DNA from: an uncultured Verrucomicrobiae bacterium
GTDB lineage: Bacteria; Verrucomicrobiota; Verrucomicrobiia; Limisphaerales; JAFGQR01
Assembly (NCBI GenBank): GCA_963788655.1
Contig: CAWBHS010000103.1
Location: forward strand, 1-39,719
DNA: 39,719 bases
Reading direction: 5' to 3'
Both the position numbers and the translations under genes were made by a program. How positions within the stretch are numbered: the stretch's first letter is position 1; each line of letters opens with the position of its first letter. This document shows, one piece after another, positions 20,724-29,791 of the stretch. The notes beneath the pieces were generated by a model that saw only the letters and a list, made by a program, of their open reading frames with translations, did not search any database and had not been told where the DNA came from.

Positions 20724-21151
20724 AATTTAATCAATAATTGGAGCGCGCACCCTAACTGGCCCCGCCAACGGTGGTCAAACGCAAAAACACACCGGCGATC
20801 GCTTCCTCGCGGCAGCCCGAACCGGGAATCCCGCCGTTTCCAGCATACCGGGGAATCGGCCGCGGGGCGGCAAGCCTTGAGGGGAGGTTGAAAGAAAAGC
20901 GGGTTTTGGCGCGCACACAGTTTCCCACCAAAACCCGCCGACCGCTCTGGCGAGCAGTCAATCGTTTCGTCACACCGCTGAGCCGGTTCTCAGCCCAACC
21001 AACCATGACGATAGCAGCATACCCGCGACCGCCGAACCGCGCAACCGGCCACCGCTTGCTTCCTGACCGCGGGCGGCCCGTCGCGCCGCTAATGGCAGCC
21101 AACCTCAAACAGCATTGAAGAAACGCCCGTCCCCCGGTAAGCTCCCGGCCA

Positions 21152-23170
21152 GTGAACATTTCTGGAACGGACGCAAGCGGACTGAAAACGAAGACTCCCA
21201 TCCTGGACAACTTCAACGTCCAGCCACCGGGAACGCCCCCGGAATGGACGCGCTCCCGCTACGGGCTGGCGCTCCGGTTGTTCCTGACCCTGGTGGTGCT
21301 TTACTTCGCCTTGCGGATGACACTGTACATCAGTTTTGGATTGGATGTGCTCGTACCGTTCTCCGACATCGTCAAGGGTTTCCTGGTCGGCCTGTTTCGG
21401 GACACGTTTGTCGCCCTGATCCTGACCGTTCCCCTGCTCTTTTGGTTTTGGATCTTTCCCGAACGCTGGTTCCCCAAACGCGGTCATCGCTGGTTGCTAA
21501 CCGGGGGGCTCTTTCTCTTTTGGATGGTGCAACCGTTCCTGCTGGCAGCGGAATATTTTTTCTTCGAGGAATTCCTGTCCCGTTTTAACAACGTGGCCGT
21601 GGATTACCTGATCTATCCCACCGAGGTCTTTGTCAACATCTGGGATGAATACCCGGTGATGTGGGTGATCCTCGGCTGCGCCCTGTTCAGCGCGGCCTGG
21701 CTATTTCTCGCCTACAACTCCTGCTCGGACCTTTGGCGCTGCTCGTTCTCGCATCGGTCCCGGTTCGCCCATTTTGGCGCCGTGTTGTTGGCGGTCATCG
21801 TGGCGGCGCCCGCCGTGGGTCTCAAAGAGGTTCACTTCAGCCAGGAGCGTTTGCTGAATGAACTGGCGGACAACGGTGACATCTCTTTTGTCCGGGCGGC
21901 CTGGACCCATGACATGGATTACGCTCCGTTCTACAAGACCATGCCCAAGGCAGAGGCGTACGAGCGCGCCCACCGAATGTTGACCGAGCCCAACACGGAA
22001 TTCGTGGGGAACGTTTACAGCCCCCGGCGGCATGTCCTGGGCGACACCAACCGCCCTCGTCTGAATGTCATCCTGATTCTTGAGGAAAGCTTTGGTTCGG
22101 AATTCTGGGGTTCGCTCGGCCGCCCGGGCCCCACCTTGACGCCGGAAATGGATCACCTGGCCGCCACCGAGGGCCTGTTGTTCGTCAACCTGTATGCCTC
22201 CGGCAATCGCACAGTGCGCGGCTTCGAAGGCGTGCTCTCGAGCTTCCCGCCGCTGCCCAGCGACTCCATCGTCAGACGGGATCGCTCCGAGAACGTGGAA
22301 TCCCTTGCCCGCATTTTGAAACGCGACGGCTACAACACCCTGTTTTTGTACGGTGGCCGTGGCCTGTTTGACGGCATGCGTTCTTATGCGCTGAACAATG
22401 GCTATGACCGATTCATCGAACAAAAGCATTTCGAGAATCCTACGTTCGCCACGATCTGGGGCGTGTGCGACGAAGACCTGTTCCATCGCGGCCTGGATGA
22501 ATGCCAGGCCCTGGCCCAAACCGGTCAGCCGTTTTTCGCCACCATGCTTACGGTGTCCAACCACAAACCCTATACTTATCCCCAAGGCCGGATTCAAGAA
22601 GACCCTGACGAGCGCAAACGGGAGAATGCCGTGAAATACACCGACTTCGCCCTCGGTGAGTTATTTCGTCGGGCCAAAACGGAACCCTTCTGGACCAACA
22701 CCATTTTCGTGGTGGTGGCCGATCACGGCGCGCGCGTGTATGGCAGCCAAAGCATCCCCATTCACTCCTACGAAATCCCGCTGCTGATTGCCGGCCCGGC
22801 GGCAGTCAAGGCGCCAACGCGCATCGCCTACCTGGGCTGTTCCCTCGACGTGGGCCCAACCATCCTGGGCCTGATCGGACGCCCCTACGACACCCTGTTC
22901 TTTGGCCGGGACTTGCTGCACAGTCCGCCGGAGCAAAACCGCGTGTTCCTCAATCACAACCACGACAGCGGCATGTACCGCGACGAACGCCTGATCGTGC
23001 TGGGCTTGAAGAAGAGCGTGGACTTCTACCAAGGCGACCCCAAGAAAATTGATCTCCAACCCATCGCCAAGCCTTCGGCGTCCGACCTGGAACTTGAGAA
23101 AGACACCATCGCAATCTACCAAGTCGCTGACGAACTCTACATGAATCGGGCCTACCGGATTGATGAGTGA
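21152..23170 (+). CDS. LTA synthase / phosphoglycerol transferase family (sulfatase fold) membrane protein
   Basis: About five N-terminal TM helices, then NVILILEESF, GNRTVRGFE (Thr nucleophile region), WGVCDEDLF, LTVSNHKPY, KYTDFALG and TIFVVVADHG. Confidence 0.9.
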   Translation: MNISGTDASGLKTKTPILDNFNVQPPGTPPEWTRSRYGLALRLFLTLVVLYFALRMTLYISFGLDVLVPFSDIVKGFLVGLFRDTFVALILTVPLLFWFWIFPERWFPKRGHRWLLTGGLFLFWMVQPFLLAAEYFFFEEFLSRFNNVAVDYLIYPTEVFVNIWDEYPVMWVILGCALFSAAWLFLAYNSCSDLWRCSFSHRSRFAHFGAVLLAVIVAAPAVGLKEVHFSQERLLNELADNGDISFVRAAWTHDMDYAPFYKTMPKAEAYERAHRMLTEPNTEFVGNVYSPRRHVLGDTNRPRLNVILILEESFGSEFWGSLGRPGPTLTPEMDHLAATEGLLFVNLYASGNRTVRGFEGVLSSFPPLPSDSIVRRDRSENVESLARILKRDGYNTLFLYGGRGLFDGMRSYALNNGYDRFIEQKHFENPTFATIWGVCDEDLFHRGLDECQALAQTGQPFFATMLTVSNHKPYTYPQGRIQEDPDERKRENAVKYTDFALGELFRRAKTEPFWTNTIFVVVADHGARVYGSQSIPIHSYEIPLLIAGPAAVKAPTRIAYLGCSLDVGPTILGLIGRPYDTLFFGRDLLHSPPEQNRVFLNHNHDSGMYRDERLIVLGLKKSVDFYQGDPKKIDLQPIAKPSASDLELEKDTIAIYQVADELYMNRAYRIDE

Positions 23171-23247
23171 GAGCGGTCGCAGCGGGCACGGCCGCACCGA
23201 TCCCCTGCCCTGCCCGCCTCAAGCCAAGGGAGCACCGGCATTTTGTG

Positions 23248-24537
23248 TCATCCCGACGCGGCGAGGTCGAGGAACACGATGATCGAGGGATTACCAACTG
23301 GCGTGTAATGGCCGGTGAAGGCCAGTCGGCCGGTGCTGCGGTCCACGCGGAACACTGCCACATTGTCGCCCCGCTGGTTGCAGGAATAAAGAAACCGGCC
23401 CGTGGGATCGAAATTGAAGCTTCGTGGATAATTTCCCCGCGTCCATTCCTCGCCCACGAAGGTTAGCTCCCCGGTATCACCAACCGCGAAAATCCCAATG
23501 CTGTCATGCAAGCGGTTGCCGGCATACACGAACCGTCCATCACGGGAAACCATGATTTCCGAACAGAAATTGCTGCCGGCGAAACCGGGCGGCAGGCTGG
23601 TGATGGTCTGCCGCGCAGTCAACCGCCCCGTGGCAGCAAGGTAATCGAACAAGACGATGTTGGATCCCTCCTCCTGCAGGGAGTAGCACCAGTGTCCGTT
23701 GGGGTGGAAACAGAAGTGCCGCGGCCCATCCCCCGGCGGCAGCGCCACCGCGGGCGGATCATTGGGGGCCAGCACCCCGCGGCGCGCATCAAATTTCCAG
23801 ACAAATATCCGGTCCAGTCCCAAATCGACGTGCAACACGAAACGCCCCGAGGCATCGGCCCGAATCATGTGCGCGTGCGTTCGGTCGTGGCCACTGAAGG
23901 CAAAGCTTCCGGGCGGCGCATTGGTGGCCTGGCTCGGTCCCACCGGGCCAACGTCTCGCTTGATATCCGTGGCAGTTCCCAGGCGACCGTCCGGTAAAAT
24001 CGGCAGCACTGCCACCGAGCCGCCAAAGTAATTGGCCACCAGCACGAATCTTCCAGACGGATGAAGGCTCAGGTATGTGGGACCCGCCCCGCCGGAACGA
24101 ACCGTGTTGAGCCGGGTCAACTGCCCGTCAGTCCGATTAATCACGAAGGCGCTGACCGTGCCTTCCTTGCCTTCGCCCACCCGGTCCGTCTCATTGGTGG
24201 AATACAAGCGAGTGCCGGCGGTATTCAACACCAGGCAACTCGGGCTGGTTCCCAATTCAAAGACCCCGCTGGGTGTCAAAGCCCCAGTGGTGCGATCCAC
24301 CTGATACAAGTGAATGCCGCGGCCATTGCCCGGTGGCAAATCGATTTGGGTCGGCAGCACATCGTGGAGCGGAGAGCTGAACGTGCCCACGTATGCCATG
24401 AGCGGTGCCGATCCTTCGGCTGCCGGCGCGTTGATCGCTCCCGCCCAAAACGGAGCGCTCCCCCCGAACACGGCGGCGGCTTTCAAAAACGAGCGACGGG
24501 AAAGTTCCGGTGAATTTGGATGGACTGGAGATTGCAT
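23248..24537 (-). CDS. Tat-exported lactonase family beta-propeller (6-phosphogluconolactonase Pgl/YbhE-like)
   Basis: Twin-arginine signal SRRSFLK; AYVGT, VLVANYFGGSV, HAHMI, DLGLDRI, GDGPRHF, YAGNRLHDSI, PRSFNFDPTG. Confidence 0.9.
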   Translation of the reverse strand: MQSPVHPNSPELSRRSFLKAAAVFGGSAPFWAGAINAPAAEGSAPLMAYVGTFSSPLHDVLPTQIDLPPGNGRGIHLYQVDRTTGALTPSGVFELGTSPSCLVLNTAGTRLYSTNETDRVGEGKEGTVSAFVINRTDGQLTRLNTVRSGGAGPTYLSLHPSGRFVLVANYFGGSVAVLPILPDGRLGTATDIKRDVGPVGPSQATNAPPGSFAFSGHDRTHAHMIRADASGRFVLHVDLGLDRIFVWKFDARRGVLAPNDPPAVALPPGDGPRHFCFHPNGHWCYSLQEEGSNIVLFDYLAATGRLTARQTITSLPPGFAGSNFCSEIMVSRDGRFVYAGNRLHDSIGIFAVGDTGELTFVGEEWTRGNYPRSFNFDPTGRFLYSCNQRGDNVAVFRVDRSTGRLAFTGHYTPVGNPSIIVFLDLAASG

Positions 24538-24731
24538 ACTTATTCGACGGCCTCGTTAAAAGGCAGGTTGGGTTCGTGGTGCGGTTTCCAGTTCTTCAGA
24601 TGCTCGGTGAGACGGAGAATTGGTTCTCGTTTACGCTCATATCCGTTGAGGCTACGCCGTCGTGCCGGATAATGGAAAGTGCATTTTGAACGCCGCTTGA
24701 TTCCCCGACGGGTCGCGCCTACCATTCATGC

Positions 24732-25787
24732 ATGATCAAAACGCGCAGCAGTTTGGTGGGTGCCTGCATACTTCTCTTGGGCTTGGTGGCCCCCAACGTA
24801 AACGCCGCCGAGCCTTACACGGAGAATCCCGGCTCGGATGGCGATGGCCATTTCACCATCGGTCCCGAATACCAAATGGATCGTGACCTCACCGACCGCG
24901 GCAATCCCAAGGGCAAATACTTCGAATTCACCATGCGGTTGGCCGACAGCAAAATCTTCCCTGGCGACGACCCCACCCTTGAGCCGGCGAAGAAGCCCGT
25001 GCGAACCGAGCGACAGATTTATGTCTATGTCCCGGCGGCCTATCGGGACGGCACGGCGGCGCCCTTTCTGATCATCCACGATGGCCCCAGCCAACTGAAT
25101 CTCATCCGCAACGCGCTCGATAACCTCACGATTTCAACCGATCCGCATCGCCAGTTACCGCCGTTTATTGCGATCGCCGTCCAAAACGGCGGCAACGATG
25201 GCAAGAACAGCGAACGCGGGCTTGAATACGACACGATGTCCGACCGGCTCGCCCGCTTCATCAACGACGAAGTGTTGCCGGCGGTGCTGGCCAACGCGGA
25301 AATCAAAGCCGCCTATCCGAAACTGGCCCTGACCCAAAATCCTTGGGGACGCGCCGTCATCGGGTGCAGTTCCGGCGGCGCGGCGGCGCTGACGATGGGC
25401 TGGTTTCGCCCGGACTTGTTCCGCCGCGTGATCGCTTATTCCGGCACGTTTGTCGATCAGCAGGATGACGACGCCCCGGAGGAAGCGAAATACCCGCTCG
25501 GCGCCTGGGAATATCACTCGGGTATGAAACTCATCGAAACGAGTGCGAAGAAACCGCTGCGCATTTTTACGCACGTTTCTGAAAACGATCTGCGCCCCAA
25601 TGATCCGGAAGCCACGCATCACAACTGGGTGATGGCCGGTCAACGCACCGCGACCGCGCTGGAAGCCAAGGGTTTCCATCACCGGTTTGTGTTCAGCCGC
25701 GGCACGCGCCACTGTGACCGCCGGGTATTTGAGCAGACCTTGGCCGACACCCTCGTCTGGATTTGGCGCGGCTATCACGCCGAGTGA
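24732..25787 (+). CDS. Secreted alpha/beta hydrolase (Fes/enterochelin-esterase-like)
   Basis: Signal peptide; RQIYVYVPAAY, IIHDG, ERGLEYDTMSD, nucleophile elbow GCSSGGAAA, RPDLFRRV and a C-terminal His (GTRHC). Confidence 0.85.
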   Translation: MIKTRSSLVGACILLLGLVAPNVNAAEPYTENPGSDGDGHFTIGPEYQMDRDLTDRGNPKGKYFEFTMRLADSKIFPGDDPTLEPAKKPVRTERQIYVYVPAAYRDGTAAPFLIIHDGPSQLNLIRNALDNLTISTDPHRQLPPFIAIAVQNGGNDGKNSERGLEYDTMSDRLARFINDEVLPAVLANAEIKAAYPKLALTQNPWGRAVIGCSSGGAAALTMGWFRPDLFRRVIAYSGTFVDQQDDDAPEEAKYPLGAWEYHSGMKLIETSAKKPLRIFTHVSENDLRPNDPEATHHNWVMAGQRTATALEAKGFHHRFVFSRGTRHCDRRVFEQTLADTLVWIWRGYHAE

Positions 25788-26149
25788 CCAGCCGGAAGAC
25801 ATTGTTCATCGGCTGCTCCCCACGTCGAACTGATTGGCAAGTTGCAACAAAAGTGCCTGCCGGCTGCTCGGCCCCAACTGCAAAAGGTTTGGACCGCTCC
25901 ATTTCACCGCAAAGCGGCTCAACCCGTTCTCTGCTGAGCTCTTCGTGACTTGGCGGTGAATCCGGTCATCGCTCACCACCAGGACTTTCGAAGTTGATAT
26001 TCGCGTCCTGTGGATTGCGACTCGCTGGTCGATAACACGTGAAATTGCCAGCAAGCGACGACGAAGGCTCTGCCACTTCAACGCTTCAACGAAGTTGGCT
26101 CCGGCTCGGCCGTGCGGCCATCGTTGCGTTCGAACTGGTGCGTTTACGC

Positions 26150-29100
26150 TCATTCCGCTTCCGGCTTCCATTGCGGGATTCGGCCCGGAGTCCACGGCGC
26201 GCCGGCGGCATCAAGCTTCGCATTCAACGCGGCGAGGTCTTTATCCGTCAACGTACGGAATTTGGCCAAGACTGTGCCGAACGCCTCCGCGGCGTCGCGA
26301 TAGGAGTCCTTTTGGGTCTGGGTTGGCGGGGAAGTCACATGCCACTGGCTGCCCACAATGTCCTCGACGCGCGACTGAATCGACGACACCTGCGGTTCCT
26401 GCTGTTTGGCGAGGGTCTGATCGCCACGGAGTTGCGTAAGGATTTTGGTCAACTGGTCCTCGATGCTTTCCTCGGTGGCTAGCATCGCGGTGTCCACCGT
26501 GGGTGTATTCAGGATGGCTTGACGGATATATTTGAGCCGGTCTTGCGCATCTTTGGCGGCGCGGACGGTGCCTTCGACGGCACGCTGGAGCCGGGCGACC
26601 TTCAAATCGAATTTGAGCGCCGCTTCCTTGTCTTTCGCCGCAAAGGTGGCGAGTTCCAGCGGAATCACTTTGAAGGGAACCGGCTCGTTCAACCGAGTCA
26701 ATTTGCCAGCGACTTCCTTGGTCAGGGTCACCGAGTAATTCCCCGGCAGGGCGAGTGGGCCGGAGGGCAAGTCTTCCCATGGCGGCAGTTCTTTGTTTTC
26801 CTTGAGTTCAATGGGCTTGGCCGATGGATAACGCAAATCCCAGGGCACGCGATGGATGCCCTTGTCGCGCGAACCGGGCAGTTTGCGAACCACGGTGCCT
26901 TGGTCGTTACGAACCACGAGTTGGACTTCCGGCTCTGGTTCTTGATCCTCGGCGCGCAATTCCGCGATCGTTGGATAAGCGATTGGTTTACCTTCCTTGT
27001 GCGCCTTTTTTTCCGCTGCTTTGCGCTGCTCATGCGTGGTCATAAGTTTGTCCTTCAAATGATACGTGAACACGGCGCCAAAGGGTGGATTGGGCGCCGC
27101 GTAGAAACTGGCGCCTTGCGAGCCCCGACCGTCGCGATCGCCGAGCCGGCTGCGTTGGACGTAGCGCAAGGCGTCCTTCACTGGAAACACAAACGCGTCC
27201 TGCTTCAGCACTTCCCGCGTGGCGTGCCGCAGCGGCGTGTAATCATCGAGGACGTAAATGCTCCGGCCAAACGTGCCGATCACCAGATCGTTCTCTCGGC
27301 GCTGCACCTCCAGATCGCGCACGGCAACCGTAGGCAGCCCGCTGATCTTAATCCAGTTCGTCCCGCCATCGAGGGTGAAATAGGCGCCGAACTCAGTGCC
27401 GGCGAACAGCAGATTCGGTTTCACACCGTCTTCTTGGATCGAATAAACGACGTTGCGCGACGGCAAATCACCGGCAACGGAAACCCAGCTTTTGCCACGA
27501 TCGGCGCTCTTGAGCAGATACGGTTTGAAATCGCCGTTCTTGTGGTTGTCGAAGCTGGCATACACGGTGTCGGCTTGGTGACGCGATGCCGTCAGGCAAC
27601 TAACGTACGTCATGTCCGGCACGCCTGGGAATACCGCGATCTTGCGCCAATGCTGGCCCCCATCCTCGGTCACCTGCACCAATCCGTCGTCGGTGCCCAC
27701 GTAGATGAAGCCCTCGACGAGGGGCGATTCGGTCAGCGAAACGGAGTTACCAAAGAAGGACGTGGATTCCCCCTTGGCCACGGCTTCCGGCAGTTGAATC
27801 CGGCCCAGGATCGGCAACGTGTTGCGATTGATGCCGCGCGTGAGATCGCCACTGATGGCCTTCCAACTGTTGCCGCGGTCGTCCGAACGAAAGAGCCGGT
27901 TGGCTCCGAAATAAAGCCGTTCGTAGTTAAACGGACTAAGGATCAGGGGCGAATCCCAGTTCCATTTCAACGGTGGTTCGCCGGGCGCAGTGGTCGGTTT
28001 GATATCGACCATTTCACCGCTGCGGCGGTCATAACGGACGAGGCCGCCGTATTGCCACATACAATAAATGAGGTTCGGATCATCCGGATCCACGACCGAC
28101 TCGTAGCCGTCGCCGCCCACGGTCACGAACCAATCCGCTGATGTGATGCCCGCGCGGTCGGTCGTCTGCGCGGGGCCGCCTTGCGAGTTGTTGTCCTGGG
28201 TGCCGCCATAAACGTAATAGAACGGCTTCGAAGTATCCGCGCTGACGCGGTAGAACTGCGTGATGGGAAGATTCGGTTTGAAACCCCAGTTTTGTCCCCG
28301 GTCAAAGGTTTCGTAAACACCGCCGTCGCAGCCCACGAGGAGATGTTCATTGTTCGTGGGATCGATCCACAGCGCGTGATCATCGACGTGTCGGTTCTTG
28401 CGCGGAACCCGTTCGAAATTCTTCCCGCCGTCTTCGGTAACGCGCATGAACGTGTCCAAAGCGTACACCCGGTCCACCTTGATGGGATCAGAAATGATTT
28501 CATTGAAATACTGGGGACTGGTCGTCATGTAATCGCTGCGTTTTTCCCAGGTTTCCCCACGGTCGAGTGAACGGAAAAATCCGCCTTTGTCCTCGGCAGC
28601 TTCGATGATCGCATAGATCACATCGGGGTTGACTGGCGAAATCGCCAGTCCAATTCGACCTTTGTCCACGTCCGGAATGCCGTTGGTGAGCTGGCGCCAG
28701 TGCTTGCCCGCGTCGGTGGATTTGTAGATGGCCGACTCCGGCCCGCCGTCGATCAACGTCCACACGTGCCGCCGGCGCTGATACGCGGAAGCATAAAGCA
28801 CGTTGGGATCGCGCGGATCGAGATGCACCTCGTTGGCGCCGGTGTTCTCGCTGATGGGCAGAACACACTTCCAGGTTTTGCCGCCGTCGATGGTCTTGTA
28901 CACGCCGCGGTCCCCGCCGGCGCGCCAGAGCGGGCCTTGCGCAGCCACATACACGATCTCCCCATTCTTCGGATGGACGGCAATCATGCCGATGTGCTCG
29001 GAATTCGTCAGCCCCACATTGGTCCAATGCGTTCCGTCATCCAGGGAACGATACACTCCGTCGCCGAAGCCGACGCTGCGTTGACTGTTGTTTTCGCCGG

Positions 29101-29482
29101 TGCCCACCCAAACGTCGTTCGGGTTTTGCGGATTCAGGGCTACGCACCCAATCGAGTACGAACCTTCCTGGTCGAACACTGGAATCCACGTGATGCCGGC
29201 ATCCTTCGTCTTCCAAACGCCCCCGGAGCATACGGCCACGAAATAGTGCGAATGATCGCGCGCGTCCACGGCGAAATCGCCCACCCGTCCAGACATTAGC
29301 GCGGGCCCGATCGACCGAACCTTCAGGCCGTCAAAGAAACCGGCCGGAATGCTCTCAGCCTCGGTCGTGGTCTTAATGGTTCGATTGGTTTGGTCGTCCG
29401 GGATTGGTTCAGCGGCCAGGGCCGTTTGGTTCAACCCGACGAGCCACCCGATTCCAGTGAGCAGCAGGACAATTGTTTTCAC
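26150..29482 (-). CDS. Large secreted BNR/Asp-box (VPS10/sortilin-like) beta-propeller protein, putative glycosyl hydrolase
   Basis: RSIGPALMSGRVGD, many S/T-x-D-x-G-x-x-W repeats, WVGTGE, HVDDHALWIDP, GGTQDN, GGDGY and a C-terminal coiled region. Likely start GTG 29482 (VKTIVLLL signal peptide). Confidence 0.88.
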   Translation of the reverse strand: MKTIVLLLTGIGWLVGLNQTALAAEPIPDDQTNRTIKTTTEAESIPAGFFDGLKVRSIGPALMSGRVGDFAVDARDHSHYFVAVCSGGVWKTKDAGITWIPVFDQEGSYSIGCVALNPQNPNDVWVGTGENNSQRSVGFGDGVYRSLDDGTHWTNVGLTNSEHIGMIAVHPKNGEIVYVAAQGPLWRAGGDRGVYKTIDGGKTWKCVLPISENTGANEVHLDPRDPNVLYASAYQRRRHVWTLIDGGPESAIYKSTDAGKHWRQLTNGIPDVDKGRIGLAISPVNPDVIYAIIEAAEDKGGFFRSLDRGETWEKRSDYMTTSPQYFNEIISDPIKVDRVYALDTFMRVTEDGGKNFERVPRKNRHVDDHALWIDPTNNEHLLVGCDGGVYETFDRGQNWGFKPNLPITQFYRVSADTSKPFYYVYGGTQDNNSQGGPAQTTDRAGITSADWFVTVGGDGYESVVDPDDPNLIYCMWQYGGLVRYDRRSGEMVDIKPTTAPGEPPLKWNWDSPLILSPFNYERLYFGANRLFRSDDRGNSWKAISGDLTRGINRNTLPILGRIQLPEAVAKGESTSFFGNSVSLTESPLVEGFIYVGTDDGLVQVTEDGGQHWRKIAVFPGVPDMTYVSCLTASRHQADTVYASFDNHKNGDFKPYLLKSADRGKSWVSVAGDLPSRNVVYSIQEDGVKPNLLFAGTEFGAYFTLDGGTNWIKISGLPTVAVRDLEVQRRENDLVIGTFGRSIYVLDDYTPLRHATREVLKQDAFVFPVKDALRYVQRSRLGDRDGRGSQGASFYAAPNPPFGAVFTYHLKDKLMTTHEQRKAAEKKAHKEGKPIAYPTIAELRAEDQEPEPEVQLVVRNDQGTVVRKLPGSRDKGIHRVPWDLRYPSAKPIELKENKELPPWEDLPSGPLALPGNYSVTLTKEVAGKLTRLNEPVPFKVIPLELATFAAKDKEAALKFDLKVARLQRAVEGTVRAAKDAQDRLKYIRQAILNTPTVDTAMLATEESIEDQLTKILTQLRGDQTLAKQQEPQVSSIQSRVEDIVGSQWHVTSPPTQTQKDSYRDAAEAFGTVLAKFRTLTDKDLAALNAKLDAAGAPWTPGRIPQWKPEAE

Positions 29483-29692
29483 ACTCGGTTTGTTGTTCGG
29501 ATTTGGTTCGCGACGCACGGCAGGAGGATAGGATTGTGGCGCCGCGTTATTCAAGACTTGCCGGTAATGAATAAACGGCTCGGCTGACCTCAGCACAAGC
29601 GGATCCTGTGGCACTCAGATCTCCCCACGGTAACCGAACTACGCATTTGGATCATGAATCCAATAGAAGTGTCGTTGGACGCGACAGCGCCG

Positions 29693-29767
29693 TGGACTGC
29701 GGCAGTCCTCTGCCGCTTTAGAAACGCTCGAATATTGTCAAAAGCGCCAGAGGGCTGGCGCAGTCCA
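29693..29767. repeat. REP-like inverted pair
   Basis: TGGACTGCGGCAGTCCTCTGCCGCTTT (29693-29719) and AAAGCGCCAGAGGGCTGGCGCAGTCCA (29741-29767) are imperfect reverse complements, each with an internal hairpin. The pair lies just 3' of the PL6 gene. Confidence 0.75.
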
Positions 29768-29791
29768 AAACCTTGCGGTAATTCGATCGGT

